Assembly: GCA_003539625.1 (NCBI GenBank)
Contig: DPOU01000008.1
Span: 26,041 to 90,040 of the forward strand
DNA: 64,000 bases
DNA from: Acholeplasmatales bacterium
Lineage (GTDB): Bacteria > Bacillota_I > Bacilli_A > ML615J-28 > CAG-313
Direction of reading: 5' to 3'
Program-made: the position numbers and the translations under genes
Notes under the pieces: generated by a model
What the model was told of the DNA's origin: nothing
The model's input: the letters and a program-made list of their open reading frames with translations, nothing else
The model's database searches: none
Shown: piece after piece, positions 17,608-25,885 of the stretch
Position numbering within the stretch: the stretch's first letter is position 1
Layout of the letters: each line of letters starts with the position of its first letter

Positions 17608-19701
17608 ATGAATAAAAGAAGAATACTATTATTAATATTTGTTTTAGCAATGTCTCTTATGACATTTACTAGCTGTAAGAAAAATTCAGGTTGTAAACAT
17701 ACTTTCCAAGAAGCTACATGTTTAGAACCAAAGAAATGTACAAAGTGTGGACTTACTGAAGGAAATGCACTAGGACATGAGTGGGTAGATGCAACATGCC
17801 AAGCACCAAAAACTTGTTCAAGATGTGGATTAACTGAAGGTGAAAAATTAGAACATAATTTTATCCCCGCAACATATGAAAGACCATCTATATGTTCAAT
17901 GTGTAACAAAGAAACTGGATTATCATTAATAGATGGAGAAGTTTGGAATGTTTTAGATAATGATATAACTGGTAAGATTGATTTACCAGAAGTTATTGGT
18001 GAAGCAACCATAACTTGGAAATCATCAGACCACAATGTCTTATTAGATAACGGAATGCCAGTTGCTGGAGAAGATGGTAGAGAAGTAACTCTTTATGCTA
18101 CTGTAACTGTAAATGGAAAAACATTTGTTAATAGTTATGATATTGTCTTAGGTGAAGTAGTTGCTGATAAAGAAATGTATGATTATGCCTATAAATTTTA
18201 TGGTGCACCATTATCTAATGCAACTTCAACAAACATTGATTTATTAACAATGGATTATAGTGGATATTCTGTAATGTATGAAAGTTTAAATGAAGAAATA
18301 GTTACATCTAAAGGTGTTGTTACACAATCTACTAAAGTACAAACTGCTATAATGAATGTATATATTATCAAAGATGGTATAGTAGTTGTATATCCTACAA
18401 CTATAACTGTTGTATCATTTAATGCAGCACAAAGATTTGAATTACTTGAACCAGCTATTGATCAAAAAATTAAGGACTTTCAAGAAGGTGAAATTGCTAC
18501 TCTTCCAGTATATAATAATGAATATGATGTTGAATTAGTATGGACTGCCAATGTCCCTGAATTCATTATGTTAGGCGATGAGTTATTAACTCCTTTTGAA
18601 AAAACAGATGTAAGATTGAAATGTGTCTTAAAATATGGAACTGAAAGTACTACATTGTTTTATGAAATATACAATGTAGGTGGACAAATTACTAAAGAAG
18701 AATATTTACAAAAGATTTTAGATTACTATTGCAAAATTGAATTAAAAGGATCGATCAACCACTTACACAAAGAATATAATGATGAACTATATTTAGATTA
18801 TCAAGAACGTATTAATTCTTATGGAGTATTGAATTTATTTAAAACGGTTAAACCAGTAGTAAATCAATCATATTTAATCGATGTAACACGTAATGATTTT
18901 ATTGCAAGATTCTTTGGATCAGGAACTTTAGGAACTGTTTATAAACCAAGTGTTTCACAAGCTATTTTGAATGAAAGATTTTATAAAGGATATCAAATGC
19001 CAAATACTCAAAATGTATTATGGATTGTAGTACATGAAAGTGCAATGACAGTTGATGGTCAAACAGCAGAGTACCTAGCAAAAATGCAATATAGATATGC
19101 ATTTGAAACAGGAGGAAGAGAAGCCTCATGGAATTATCAAGTTGATGCATATGGAATATATCAAAGCTTTGCGGACAACGTAATTTGTTGGCATGCTAGT
19201 GATGGTACAGTAACACCAGGTACTGGTAATAACAATGGTATTGGTATTGAAATGTGTGTAAACCAAGATGGTAACTATGAAGGAACTCTAGCAAATAATG
19301 CTAAATTAGTTGCATCACTTATGTTAAAGTATAATCTAAATTTAGATAATGTAAAACGTCATCATGATATGGATCCAAAAGGAAAAGAATGCCCAAGTTA
19401 TTTAATTAGAACAGGACGTTATGAAGAATTTGTAGAAATGATAAGAATGGAATATATATTACAAAAGTATTTTAGTGATGCAGAAGTAAACTTTGAATTA
19501 AGTACTGATGAATACAATAATACAGAAGATGTATTAAAGAATTTATTTAGAGAAGGAATTAACGGATTATATTATAACTTACCAGTTGAAGTTGAAAAAC
19601 ACGTTAATTTTAAAGTTATTGCAAAAATATCTGATAAAGTGTATGAATCAAATTCAACAATTAAATTATTGCCTGACAGAAAAGAGGAAGACAATGCTTA
19701 A
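17608..19701 (+). CDS. lipoprotein N-acetylmuramoyl-L-alanine amidase (amidase_2/PGRP fold) with Cys-rich N-terminal repeats
   Basis: 697 aa. Lipobox FTSC. Two CxxCG-TEG repeats. C-terminal amidase_2 blocks WIVVHESAMT, WHASDG, NNNGIGIEMC and RHHDM..KECPS. Confidence 0.8.
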   Translation: MNKRRILLLIFVLAMSLMTFTSCKKNSGCKHTFQEATCLEPKKCTKCGLTEGNALGHEWVDATCQAPKTCSRCGLTEGEKLEHNFIPATYERPSICSMCNKETGLSLIDGEVWNVLDNDITGKIDLPEVIGEATITWKSSDHNVLLDNGMPVAGEDGREVTLYATVTVNGKTFVNSYDIVLGEVVADKEMYDYAYKFYGAPLSNATSTNIDLLTMDYSGYSVMYESLNEEIVTSKGVVTQSTKVQTAIMNVYIIKDGIVVVYPTTITVVSFNAAQRFELLEPAIDQKIKDFQEGEIATLPVYNNEYDVELVWTANVPEFIMLGDELLTPFEKTDVRLKCVLKYGTESTTLFYEIYNVGGQITKEEYLQKILDYYCKIELKGSINHLHKEYNDELYLDYQERINSYGVLNLFKTVKPVVNQSYLIDVTRNDFIARFFGSGTLGTVYKPSVSQAILNERFYKGYQMPNTQNVLWIVVHESAMTVDGQTAEYLAKMQYRYAFETGGREASWNYQVDAYGIYQSFADNVICWHASDGTVTPGTGNNNGIGIEMCVNQDGNYEGTLANNAKLVASLMLKYNLNLDNVKRHHDMDPKGKECPSYLIRTGRYEEFVEMIRMEYILQKYFSDAEVNFELSTDEYNNTEDVLKNLFREGINGLYYNLPVEVEKHVNFKVIAKISDKVYESNSTIKLLPDRKEEDNA

Positions 19702-20614
19702 AAAAGAATTATCAAATTACATTTTAATTAGTGAAGAAGTACAAGAAGCACTTAAAAACAATAAACCAATTGTTGCATTAGAATCAACAATTATATCACA
19801 CGGAATGCCTTATCCTCAAAACAAGGAAACAGCATTAGAATGCGAAAAAATAATAAGAAGTAATGGTGCTGTCCCCGCAACAATTGCAATCATTAAAGGT
19901 AAACTTTGTGTAGGTTTAACTGAAGAACAAATAGAATACATTGCAAAAGAAGGACACAAAGTAGTTAAAACTTCAAGAAGAGATATCCCAGTAATTGTTG
20001 CTGAAGAATTGAATGGCGCAACAACTGTTAGCGCAACAATGTATATTGCTAGTTTAGTTGGTATTAAAATATTTGCTACAGGGGGTATTGGTGGTGTTCA
20101 TCGTGGTGCCGAAGTTACCATGGATATATCTGCCGACCTTGATGAATTTGCTAAAACTAATGTTGCAGTAATTTGCGCAGGTGCTAAAGCAATTCTTGAT
20201 TTACCTAAAACATTAGAATATTTAGAAACTAAAGGTGTTCCAGTAATTGGATACCAAACAGAATATCTACCAGCTTTCTATACTAGAACTAGCCCTTACA
20301 AAGTAGATTATCGTATTGATACTCCTGAAGAAATTGCAAAAATTCTTAAAACTAAATGGGATTTAGGTTTAAGTGGTGGAGTATTAATTACTAACCCTAT
20401 TCCTGCTAAATATTCATTAGATGAAAAAGTAATGAATGATGCAATTGATGAAGCACTTAGAAGAATGAATGAATTAAATATCAAAGGTAAAGAAACAACA
20501 CCATATTTACTTGCAACAATTAAAGATATTACTGGTGGTGAAAGTCTAGCATCAAATATTGAGTTGGTATTTAATAATTGTAAATTAGCCGCTCAAATAG
20601 CAAAGGATATGTAG
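19694..20614 (+). CDS. psuG: pseudouridine-5'-phosphate glycosidase
   Basis: Start at ATG 19694 (SD aaagaggaag), overlapping the amidase stop. ALESTIISHGMPYPQN and GGIGGVHRG blocks. Confidence 0.88.
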   Translation: MLKKELSNYILISEEVQEALKNNKPIVALESTIISHGMPYPQNKETALECEKIIRSNGAVPATIAIIKGKLCVGLTEEQIEYIAKEGHKVVKTSRRDIPVIVAEELNGATTVSATMYIASLVGIKIFATGGIGGVHRGAEVTMDISADLDEFAKTNVAVICAGAKAILDLPKTLEYLETKGVPVIGYQTEYLPAFYTRTSPYKVDYRIDTPEEIAKILKTKWDLGLSGGVLITNPIPAKYSLDEKVMNDAIDEALRRMNELNIKGKETTPYLLATIKDITGGESLASNIELVFNNCKLAAQIAKDM

Positions 20615-20616
20615 TA

Positions 20617-21285
20617 ATGAAGTTTAAAACTTTCTTGATGATGTATCGCAATATTATTATTTTAGTATGGTGGATTATCATTTTAGTTATCTTTAAAGTA
20701 ACAACTAATTTTGTCTTTAAAAATGGTCTTTCAATTCTATTCATATTACTATTAGTCGTATTGCCTATAACTCTCTACATTATAACTACAATTCATAAAC
20801 AACAATTAATTAAAAAGAAAAAGCGTAAAAAAATTAGATATATTGCTAGATTAAATGAAGATATTGAAAACAAGCAATTTCAAAAATCATTAATTGTACC
20901 TTTAGAAGAATTAGTTGGAAAAACTGAATTCACAAAAGAAGAAGAGAATATCATTGTTGATAGTAAAAATATATCGATAATTTTCAATAAATATAAAGCT
21001 AAACTTGTTGTTAAAAATACCCTAGTAGAATATAACTTCTATTATTCAAGCAGACTAGAAGTAATGACATCATACGATAGTAGGTTTTATCAATATCATG
21101 AAACTAATTATTTATATTTTGCTCTTATAAACTTAGTTAAAAATTTGATTTCAGAACCACTTATTTATGAGGTAAACAAAAAGAAGTATTCTCTTACAAC
21201 TTTAAATAGTAATATTATTTTGTATCAAAACAAACATTTAAAGAAAAATAAGACTATCGTAAAAGAAGAAATTAATTTGAAATAG
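20617..21285 (+). CDS. membrane protein, unknown function
   Basis: 222 aa. Two N-terminal TM helices, a KKKKRKK linker and a soluble C-terminal domain. Confidence 0.5.
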   Translation: MKFKTFLMMYRNIIILVWWIIILVIFKVTTNFVFKNGLSILFILLLVVLPITLYIITTIHKQQLIKKKKRKKIRYIARLNEDIENKQFQKSLIVPLEELVGKTEFTKEEENIIVDSKNISIIFNKYKAKLVVKNTLVEYNFYYSSRLEVMTSYDSRFYQYHETNYLYFALINLVKNLISEPLIYEVNKKKYSLTTLNSNIILYQNKHLKKNKTIVKEEINLK

Positions 21286-21290
21286 TAACT

Positions 21291-21320
21291 AAAAACATTA
21301 GATTCTATCTAATGTTTTTT
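21291..21320 (+). terminator. rho-independent terminator
   Basis: Stem AACATTAGAT / ATCTAATGTT, then TTTT. Confidence 0.75.
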
Positions 21321-21414
21321 ATACAATATCATGAAAATTAAATATATCAAAAAATAAAGTAATTGCATACTTAATAAATAAAATATTAAATTATTGTATA
21401 ATAATATAAAATAA

Positions 21415-21446
21415 ACCAATAAAAACGAAAAGTAATTTGTTTATTA
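21415..21446 (+). promoter_or_regulatory. candidate ECF-sigma-dependent promoter, copy 1
   Basis: ACCAATAAAAA-N9-ATTTGTTTATTA, ending 13 nt before the sigma-factor ATG. The same two blocks with the same spacing occur at 23015-23046. Confidence 0.5.
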
Positions 21447-21459
21447 ATAGAGGGAAAAA

Positions 21460-21993
21460 ATGAGCAGAATAGACACTAATGAAATGCATAAAATCATTGT
21501 TGAATTAAAGAATAACAATATGGATGTCTTTGATGAATTTTATGAATTAACTAAACGGCAAGTTTATGTATCAATATTAAGTATTGTTAAAAATAAAACT
21601 ATCAGTGATGATATTATGCAAGAAACATATATGAGATTTTTAAATAACATTCATAAGTATAAAGAAAAAACTAATGTAGTTGCGTTTATTGTAACAATTG
21701 CAAGAAATCTCGCAATTAATGAATATAACAAGCAAAAGAAAGAAGTATTCTATGATTTCAGCACATATGAAGATACATATATTGTTGAAAAAGAAAAAGA
21801 TACTCCTCTTCTTGACATAGTTTACGATACTTTATCTGGTGATGAATTACAAGTATTTATTATGCATGTTATTGATGAACTAAAACACCGAGAAATCGCC
21901 AAAATAATGAAAAAGCCATTAGGAACGATAACTTGGCTTTACAACAAAGCGATAAAAAAAGTAAAAGAAAGGATAGGTGATGATAATGAGTAA
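21460..21993 (+). CDS. ECF-type sigma-70 family RNA polymerase sigma factor
   Basis: 177 aa. Region 2 DIMQETYMRFL..., region 4 HTH HREIAKIMKKPLGTITWLYNKAIKKV. Confidence 0.85.
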   Translation: MSRIDTNEMHKIIVELKNNNMDVFDEFYELTKRQVYVSILSIVKNKTISDDIMQETYMRFLNNIHKYKEKTNVVAFIVTIARNLAINEYNKQKKEVFYDFSTYEDTYIVEKEKDTPLLDIVYDTLSGDELQVFIMHVIDELKHREIAKIMKKPLGTITWLYNKAIKKVKERIGDDNE

Positions 21994-23008
21994 GTATGAT
22001 CAATTTATTGAAGATTTAAATAAAGAAGTTGATAATATGAATATAAGTAATGTTTCAATATATGTAAAAGCAAAACGTAAAGAAACAAAGAAAACTAAAC
22101 CAGTATTTTTTAGATCAAAACTTGTCCCAATAAGTTGCTTTAGTATAGTTTTAGTAATAGTTCTTGTTCTTACAGTATTAAATATAGGAAATAATACTGA
22201 AGGGCCTATTAAAAACAAAGTTAAAGTTCCGACAATTGCAACTTCAATAGAAGAAGCCTATGCTTTTGAAATGATGGCTGCAGGTAACTTGCTTTATTCA
22301 TCATCTACACAAACTAACACCAGAATCAAAAAGCGTTCTTTATCAAGAAATAATGTTAATCTAAATGATGTTGCAACAAAAATTAATGAACATTATTTAA
22401 CCATTAAACAAATGCTTTCAAAAGAAAAGGTAAAATATGAAATCCTTCAAAATGATGATGGAACATACGAAAACAAAATGATTATTCAAGCGTTTTTCAA
22501 TAGCGAATTAGATCTTCAATATACTATTTATTTTAATAAGACTAAAGTTTTAAAACACGAAGATAATGAAGAATTATTTAATATAGAGGGTATTATTACT
22601 ATTGATAATAAAACATATCAAGTATTTGGTGAAATAGAATCTGAAGAAGACGAGATAGAAACTAAAATTAAAGTTGTAACTGGTGAAAATGAATACTTTG
22701 TCATCGAACAAGAAAAAGAAGTAGACGAAGAAGAATTTGTTTATACTTCATACATAAACAACAAAAAGCAAAATGAATATTCAATATCATATGAAGTAGA
22801 AGATAATGAAATAGAAATTAAGATTGAAATGTTGACAAATGGTAAAGTTGAAAAACTAGTTTCAAAAATAGAAAATAATGAAATTATCTTAAAGGTAAAC
22901 TTTACAACTTATCAAGGTAAAGTTGAAGTAATAGATGATGTTTCTTCTATTAAATACTACTTTATTGAAGAAAATACAACAATTGAAAAAAAATTAATAA
23001 AAAAATAA
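21980..23008 (+). CDS. single-pass membrane protein, putative anti-sigma factor
   Basis: Overlaps the sigma gene by 14 nt. Short cytoplasmic N-terminus, one TM (LVPISCFSIVLVIVLVLTVL), and a Glu-rich extracytoplasmic domain. Confidence 0.55.
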   Translation: MIMSKYDQFIEDLNKEVDNMNISNVSIYVKAKRKETKKTKPVFFRSKLVPISCFSIVLVIVLVLTVLNIGNNTEGPIKNKVKVPTIATSIEEAYAFEMMAAGNLLYSSSTQTNTRIKKRSLSRNNVNLNDVATKINEHYLTIKQMLSKEKVKYEILQNDDGTYENKMIIQAFFNSELDLQYTIYFNKTKVLKHEDNEELFNIEGIITIDNKTYQVFGEIESEEDEIETKIKVVTGENEYFVIEQEKEVDEEEFVYTSYINNKKQNEYSISYEVEDNEIEIKIEMLTNGKVEKLVSKIENNEIILKVNFTTYQGKVEVIDDVSSIKYYFIEENTTIEKKLIKK

Positions 23009-23014
23009 AAATTT

Positions 23015-23046
23015 ACCAATAAAAATAATCTTTCATTTGTTTATTA
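23015..23046 (+). promoter_or_regulatory. candidate ECF-sigma-dependent promoter, copy 2
   Basis: ACCAATAAAAA-N9-ATTTGTTTATTA upstream of the lipoprotein gene. The flanking blocks are identical to copy 1. Confidence 0.5.
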
Positions 23047-23066
23047 GTTGAATGGAGGATAAAAAC

Positions 23067-23966
23067 ATGAAAAAAGTATTTTTAACATTAATTTTAACAA
23101 TTGGAGCAGTATTAATTTTTACATCATGCACCAAAAAGCAGAAGATTAAAACTGACAGATTTGATGATCAAACTATCAATATGTCATATCAAGCTCTATC
23201 ATCAATTAAGATGCTAGAAACAAAAGAAGAATATACTACTGTTAAGCGCTTAAGTAACCGAGTAGCAAATCAAGAAGTAGTAGAGAAAGAAGTTATCGAT
23301 AAATATTTAGGTTTAATGCAAGAGTTATTAAATGATAATGGAGGGTTTAAAACTGAAACAAAGGTTTCAGATAAACCAGAATATAGTAATTTAGTTGAAA
23401 TCACAACAAGAAATTTTCAAAATCAAACAGTAGTATATTCATTGTATTACAATGAAATATCATCAGAAATTAAAACAGAAATTGACGAAGATGATTTAAC
23501 TGAAGAAATTGAAACAGAAAAAAGAATTAGTGGTATTGCAATAGTTGGTGAAAAAGAATTTATTCTTGAAGGTATTGTTAAGGAAGAAAAAGAAAATGAT
23601 GAAGTAGAAAACGAATCAATCTTTAAAATTATTGAAGATGAAAATAATTATGTGATAGTTCAAGAAGAAATAGAAACTGAACAAAATGAATATACCCACG
23701 AATATAAATATACTATCGTAAGTAATGGTAAAAAAGTGAATGAAGTTGAGTTAGAACTAGAACAAGAAAATGGTGAATTATCAGTAGAATTAAAAGAAGT
23801 AAGTAACAATACTAAAACTTCATACAAGTTTAAAGTAAAAGAAGAAAAGGGATATAAGTATATTAAGGTAGAAGTAAAAGAGGGTAATAACGTAACAAAC
23901 ATTAAAGTACGCTTAATTCTAAATACGGAAACCAATACATATACTTATGAATATAAATATATATAG
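23067..23966 (+). CDS. lipoprotein paralogous to the anti-sigma ectodomain
   Basis: Start at ATG 23067, after GGAGG. Lipobox FTSC. Shares blocks with 21980-23008 (Y-[TS]-[IL]-Y-[FY]-N; ENEYFVIEQE versus ENNYVIVQEE). Confidence 0.6.
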   Translation: MKKVFLTLILTIGAVLIFTSCTKKQKIKTDRFDDQTINMSYQALSSIKMLETKEEYTTVKRLSNRVANQEVVEKEVIDKYLGLMQELLNDNGGFKTETKVSDKPEYSNLVEITTRNFQNQTVVYSLYYNEISSEIKTEIDEDDLTEEIETEKRISGIAIVGEKEFILEGIVKEEKENDEVENESIFKIIEDENNYVIVQEEIETEQNEYTHEYKYTIVSNGKKVNEVELELEQENGELSVELKEVSNNTKTSYKFKVKEEKGYKYIKVEVKEGNNVTNIKVRLILNTETNTYTYEYKYI

Positions 23967-23968
23967 TG

Positions 23969-24005
23969 TAAAAAAAACTCATTGAATTTATCAATGAGTT
24001 TTTCT
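23969..24005. terminator. bidirectional terminator between convergent genes
   Basis: A-run, stem AAACTCATTGA / TCAATGAGTTT, T-run. Confidence 0.8.
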
Positions 24006-24489
24006 AAATTTCTTTTAAAATGTAAAAACTATATTCTGGCATATCAACCGAAACTTCTAAATCAATTTCATCATTACAGTTAAAACAATAATAGGTTTTA
24101 TTAGCTATATCACTAGGTAGTGTTAAATCAATTTCATTTTTACTAGGATTTAAGATAATAATGAAATCTTTGTCTGAAGTTTTTAATCTGCCAATTAGAT
24201 AATCATTAGTGATTTGGTAAGTTTCAAAACCAATAATTATATTATCTTCAATAATATCTTTAATGAAACTAATATATATGTTAGAATCATTACTTAAATC
24301 AAAGATTGAATAATTAAATAGGTAGATTGTCATTATTGCAATCATTCTTTGATCTATTTTTGAAGTTTGCGAAATATTTACAATATCGTTTAACAAGGAA
24401 CTATTTACATTTTTTACTAAATTAGCAAAATCTAAATAATTTAACTTATCACTTACATATTCATCAACGATGTTTACTAGTCTATTCAT
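24004..24489 (-). CDS. small cytoplasmic protein, unknown function (C-terminus resembles the terminal beta-domain of GH13 enzymes)
   Basis: 161 aa. Has its own SD gaggtg. No signal peptide. Confidence 0.45.
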   Translation of the reverse strand: MNRLVNIVDEYVSDKLNYLDFANLVKNVNSSLLNDIVNISQTSKIDQRMIAIMTIYLFNYSIFDLSNDSNIYISFIKDIIEDNIIIGFETYQITNDYLIGRLKTSDKDFIIILNPSKNEIDLTLPSDIANKTYYCFNCNDEIDLEVSVDMPEYSFYILKEI

Positions 24490-24652
24490 AATTCACCTCA
24501 AAGTTATTTTATCATATAAAAGGATAAAAATCAATAGAAAATGAAATGTAAAAGGGAAAATAAATTTTCATAGACAAATGATATGACTTTTTTTGTATTT
24601 TTTAGTATAATATTAAAATTGTAAAGAATATAAGAAAAAGAGGTAGTAGTAT

Positions 24653-25243
24653 ATGGATTTAAAAAGTAAAGATGGATGGTTAGAGGTTGTTTGTGGCTGT
24701 ATGTTTGCGGGAAAAACTGAAGAATTAATTAGACGTATTAACCGTATAAAATATGCTAAAAAAGATATAATCGTTTTTAAACCAATAATTGATGATAGAT
24801 ATGATAAAAAACAAGTAGTTTCACATTCAAATCAACGTGTAGATTCAATCCCTGTAAAAGACTCAACTGAAGTATTACAACATATAAAAAAACTACCTTA
24901 TGCGGTGGCATTTGATGAAGCACAATTCTTTGATGCTGGCTTAATTGAAATTATTGAAAGACTTGCTAATTCTGGCGTAAGAGTAATTGTAGCAGGATTA
25001 GACCAAGACTTTAGAGGGAATCCATTTGGCATTATGCCTGAACTTATGGCAAGAGCTGAGTACGTTACTAAACTTCAAGGTATATGTATGGTTTGTGGTG
25101 ACCCCGCAACTCGCACTCAACGTTTGATAAATGGTCATCCAGCAGATTATGATGATCCAACAATTTTAGTTAGCGCATCTGAAAAATACGAATCGCGTTG
25201 TAGACACTGTCACCAAGTTCCTCATCGTGCATATGAAAAATAA
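24653..25243 (+). CDS. tdk: thymidine kinase
   Basis: 196 aa. P-loop GCMFAGKTEEL, FDEAQFF, and zinc ribbon CMVCG...CRHCH. Confidence 0.9.
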   Translation: MDLKSKDGWLEVVCGCMFAGKTEELIRRINRIKYAKKDIIVFKPIIDDRYDKKQVVSHSNQRVDSIPVKDSTEVLQHIKKLPYAVAFDEAQFFDAGLIEIIERLANSGVRVIVAGLDQDFRGNPFGIMPELMARAEYVTKLQGICMVCGDPATRTQRLINGHPADYDDPTILVSASEKYESRCRHCHQVPHRAYEK

Positions 25244-25688
25244 AGATGATAATTATTATATGAGCTTAGCTTTAAAAGAAGCAAGTAAAGCTTATTTAGA
25301 AGATGAAGTACCTGTCGGTGCTGTTCTTGTAGTAGGTGATAAAGTAATTGCTAAAGCACATAATGAGAGGCAAAAAAAGCATGATGTTTTAGGACATGCA
25401 GAAGTGAAGGTAATTCAAAAAGCCTCAAAGAAATTAAACGCTTGGATCTTAGATAATGCAACATTATATGTTACATTAGAACCATGTCTTATGTGTGCGG
25501 GTGCTATTCTTCAAGCAAGAATAAAAAGAGTTGTCTTCGCAACGAAAGAACCAAAGTTTGGCGTAGTTGAAAGTAAAATGAAAATTTTTGACGAAAAGTT
25601 TAATCACAAGGTTGAAGTAACAGGAGGAGTTCTTGAAGAAAAATCAAGTGATTTATTAAAGCAATTCTTTAAATCAAAAAGATCATAA
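25227..25688 (+). CDS. tadA: tRNA adenosine(34) deaminase
   Basis: 153 aa. HAE and PCLMCAG zinc motifs. Overlaps the tdk 3' end. The start could instead be ATG 25233. Confidence 0.88.
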   Translation: MHMKNKDDNYYMSLALKEASKAYLEDEVPVGAVLVVGDKVIAKAHNERQKKHDVLGHAEVKVIQKASKKLNAWILDNATLYVTLEPCLMCAGAILQARIKRVVFATKEPKFGVVESKMKIFDEKFNHKVEVTGGVLEEKSSDLLKQFFKSKRS

Positions 25689-25715
25689 AAAAGAAAAAAC
25701 TACCATTTTAAAAAA

Positions 25716-25744
25716 TTGACAAAATTAAAAAAATATAGTATAAT
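25716..25744 (+). promoter_or_regulatory. consensus sigma-A promoter of the SRP RNA
   Basis: TTGACA (25716-25721), 17-nt spacer, TATAAT (25739-25744). Confidence 0.8.
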
Positions 25745-25751
25745 GCTATTG

Positions 25752-25864
25752 TAATCTCAACTTAGATACCTTCATCCAAGGTTCCATGGTGAACCAGGTC
25801 AGGTCTTGATCGAAGCAGCCTTAAGCTTATGTAACTTGTGGGTGGGGGGATCTAAGTTGAGATT
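25752..25864 (+). ncRNA. ffs: signal recognition particle RNA (small, 4.5S-type)
   Basis: Terminal helix TCTCAACTTAGAT / ATCTAAGTTGAGA. Domain IV core ACCAGGUCAGGUC....GAAGCAGCC. GC-rich island in an AT-rich spacer. Confidence 0.85.
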
Positions 25865-25885
25865 TTAACATATATGGAGGTAGAC

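Noticed and set aside
17586-18035. 149-aa minus-strand ORF overlapping the amidase 5' end.
   Set aside because: It is antisense to the Cys-rich repeat region of a clearly coding + strand gene, and no SD is present.
19586-19693. N-terminal 36-codon extension of psuG given by the ORF track.
   Set aside because: It lies wholly inside the amidase gene. The conserved PsuG sequence begins at ATG 19694, which has its own SD.
14157-19701. The CHAP + nuclease + amidase cluster as a prophage lysis cassette.
   Set aside because: All three carry lipoprotein signal peptides. There is no holin, integrase, terminase or structural gene, and housekeeping genes (HAD, psuG) are interleaved.
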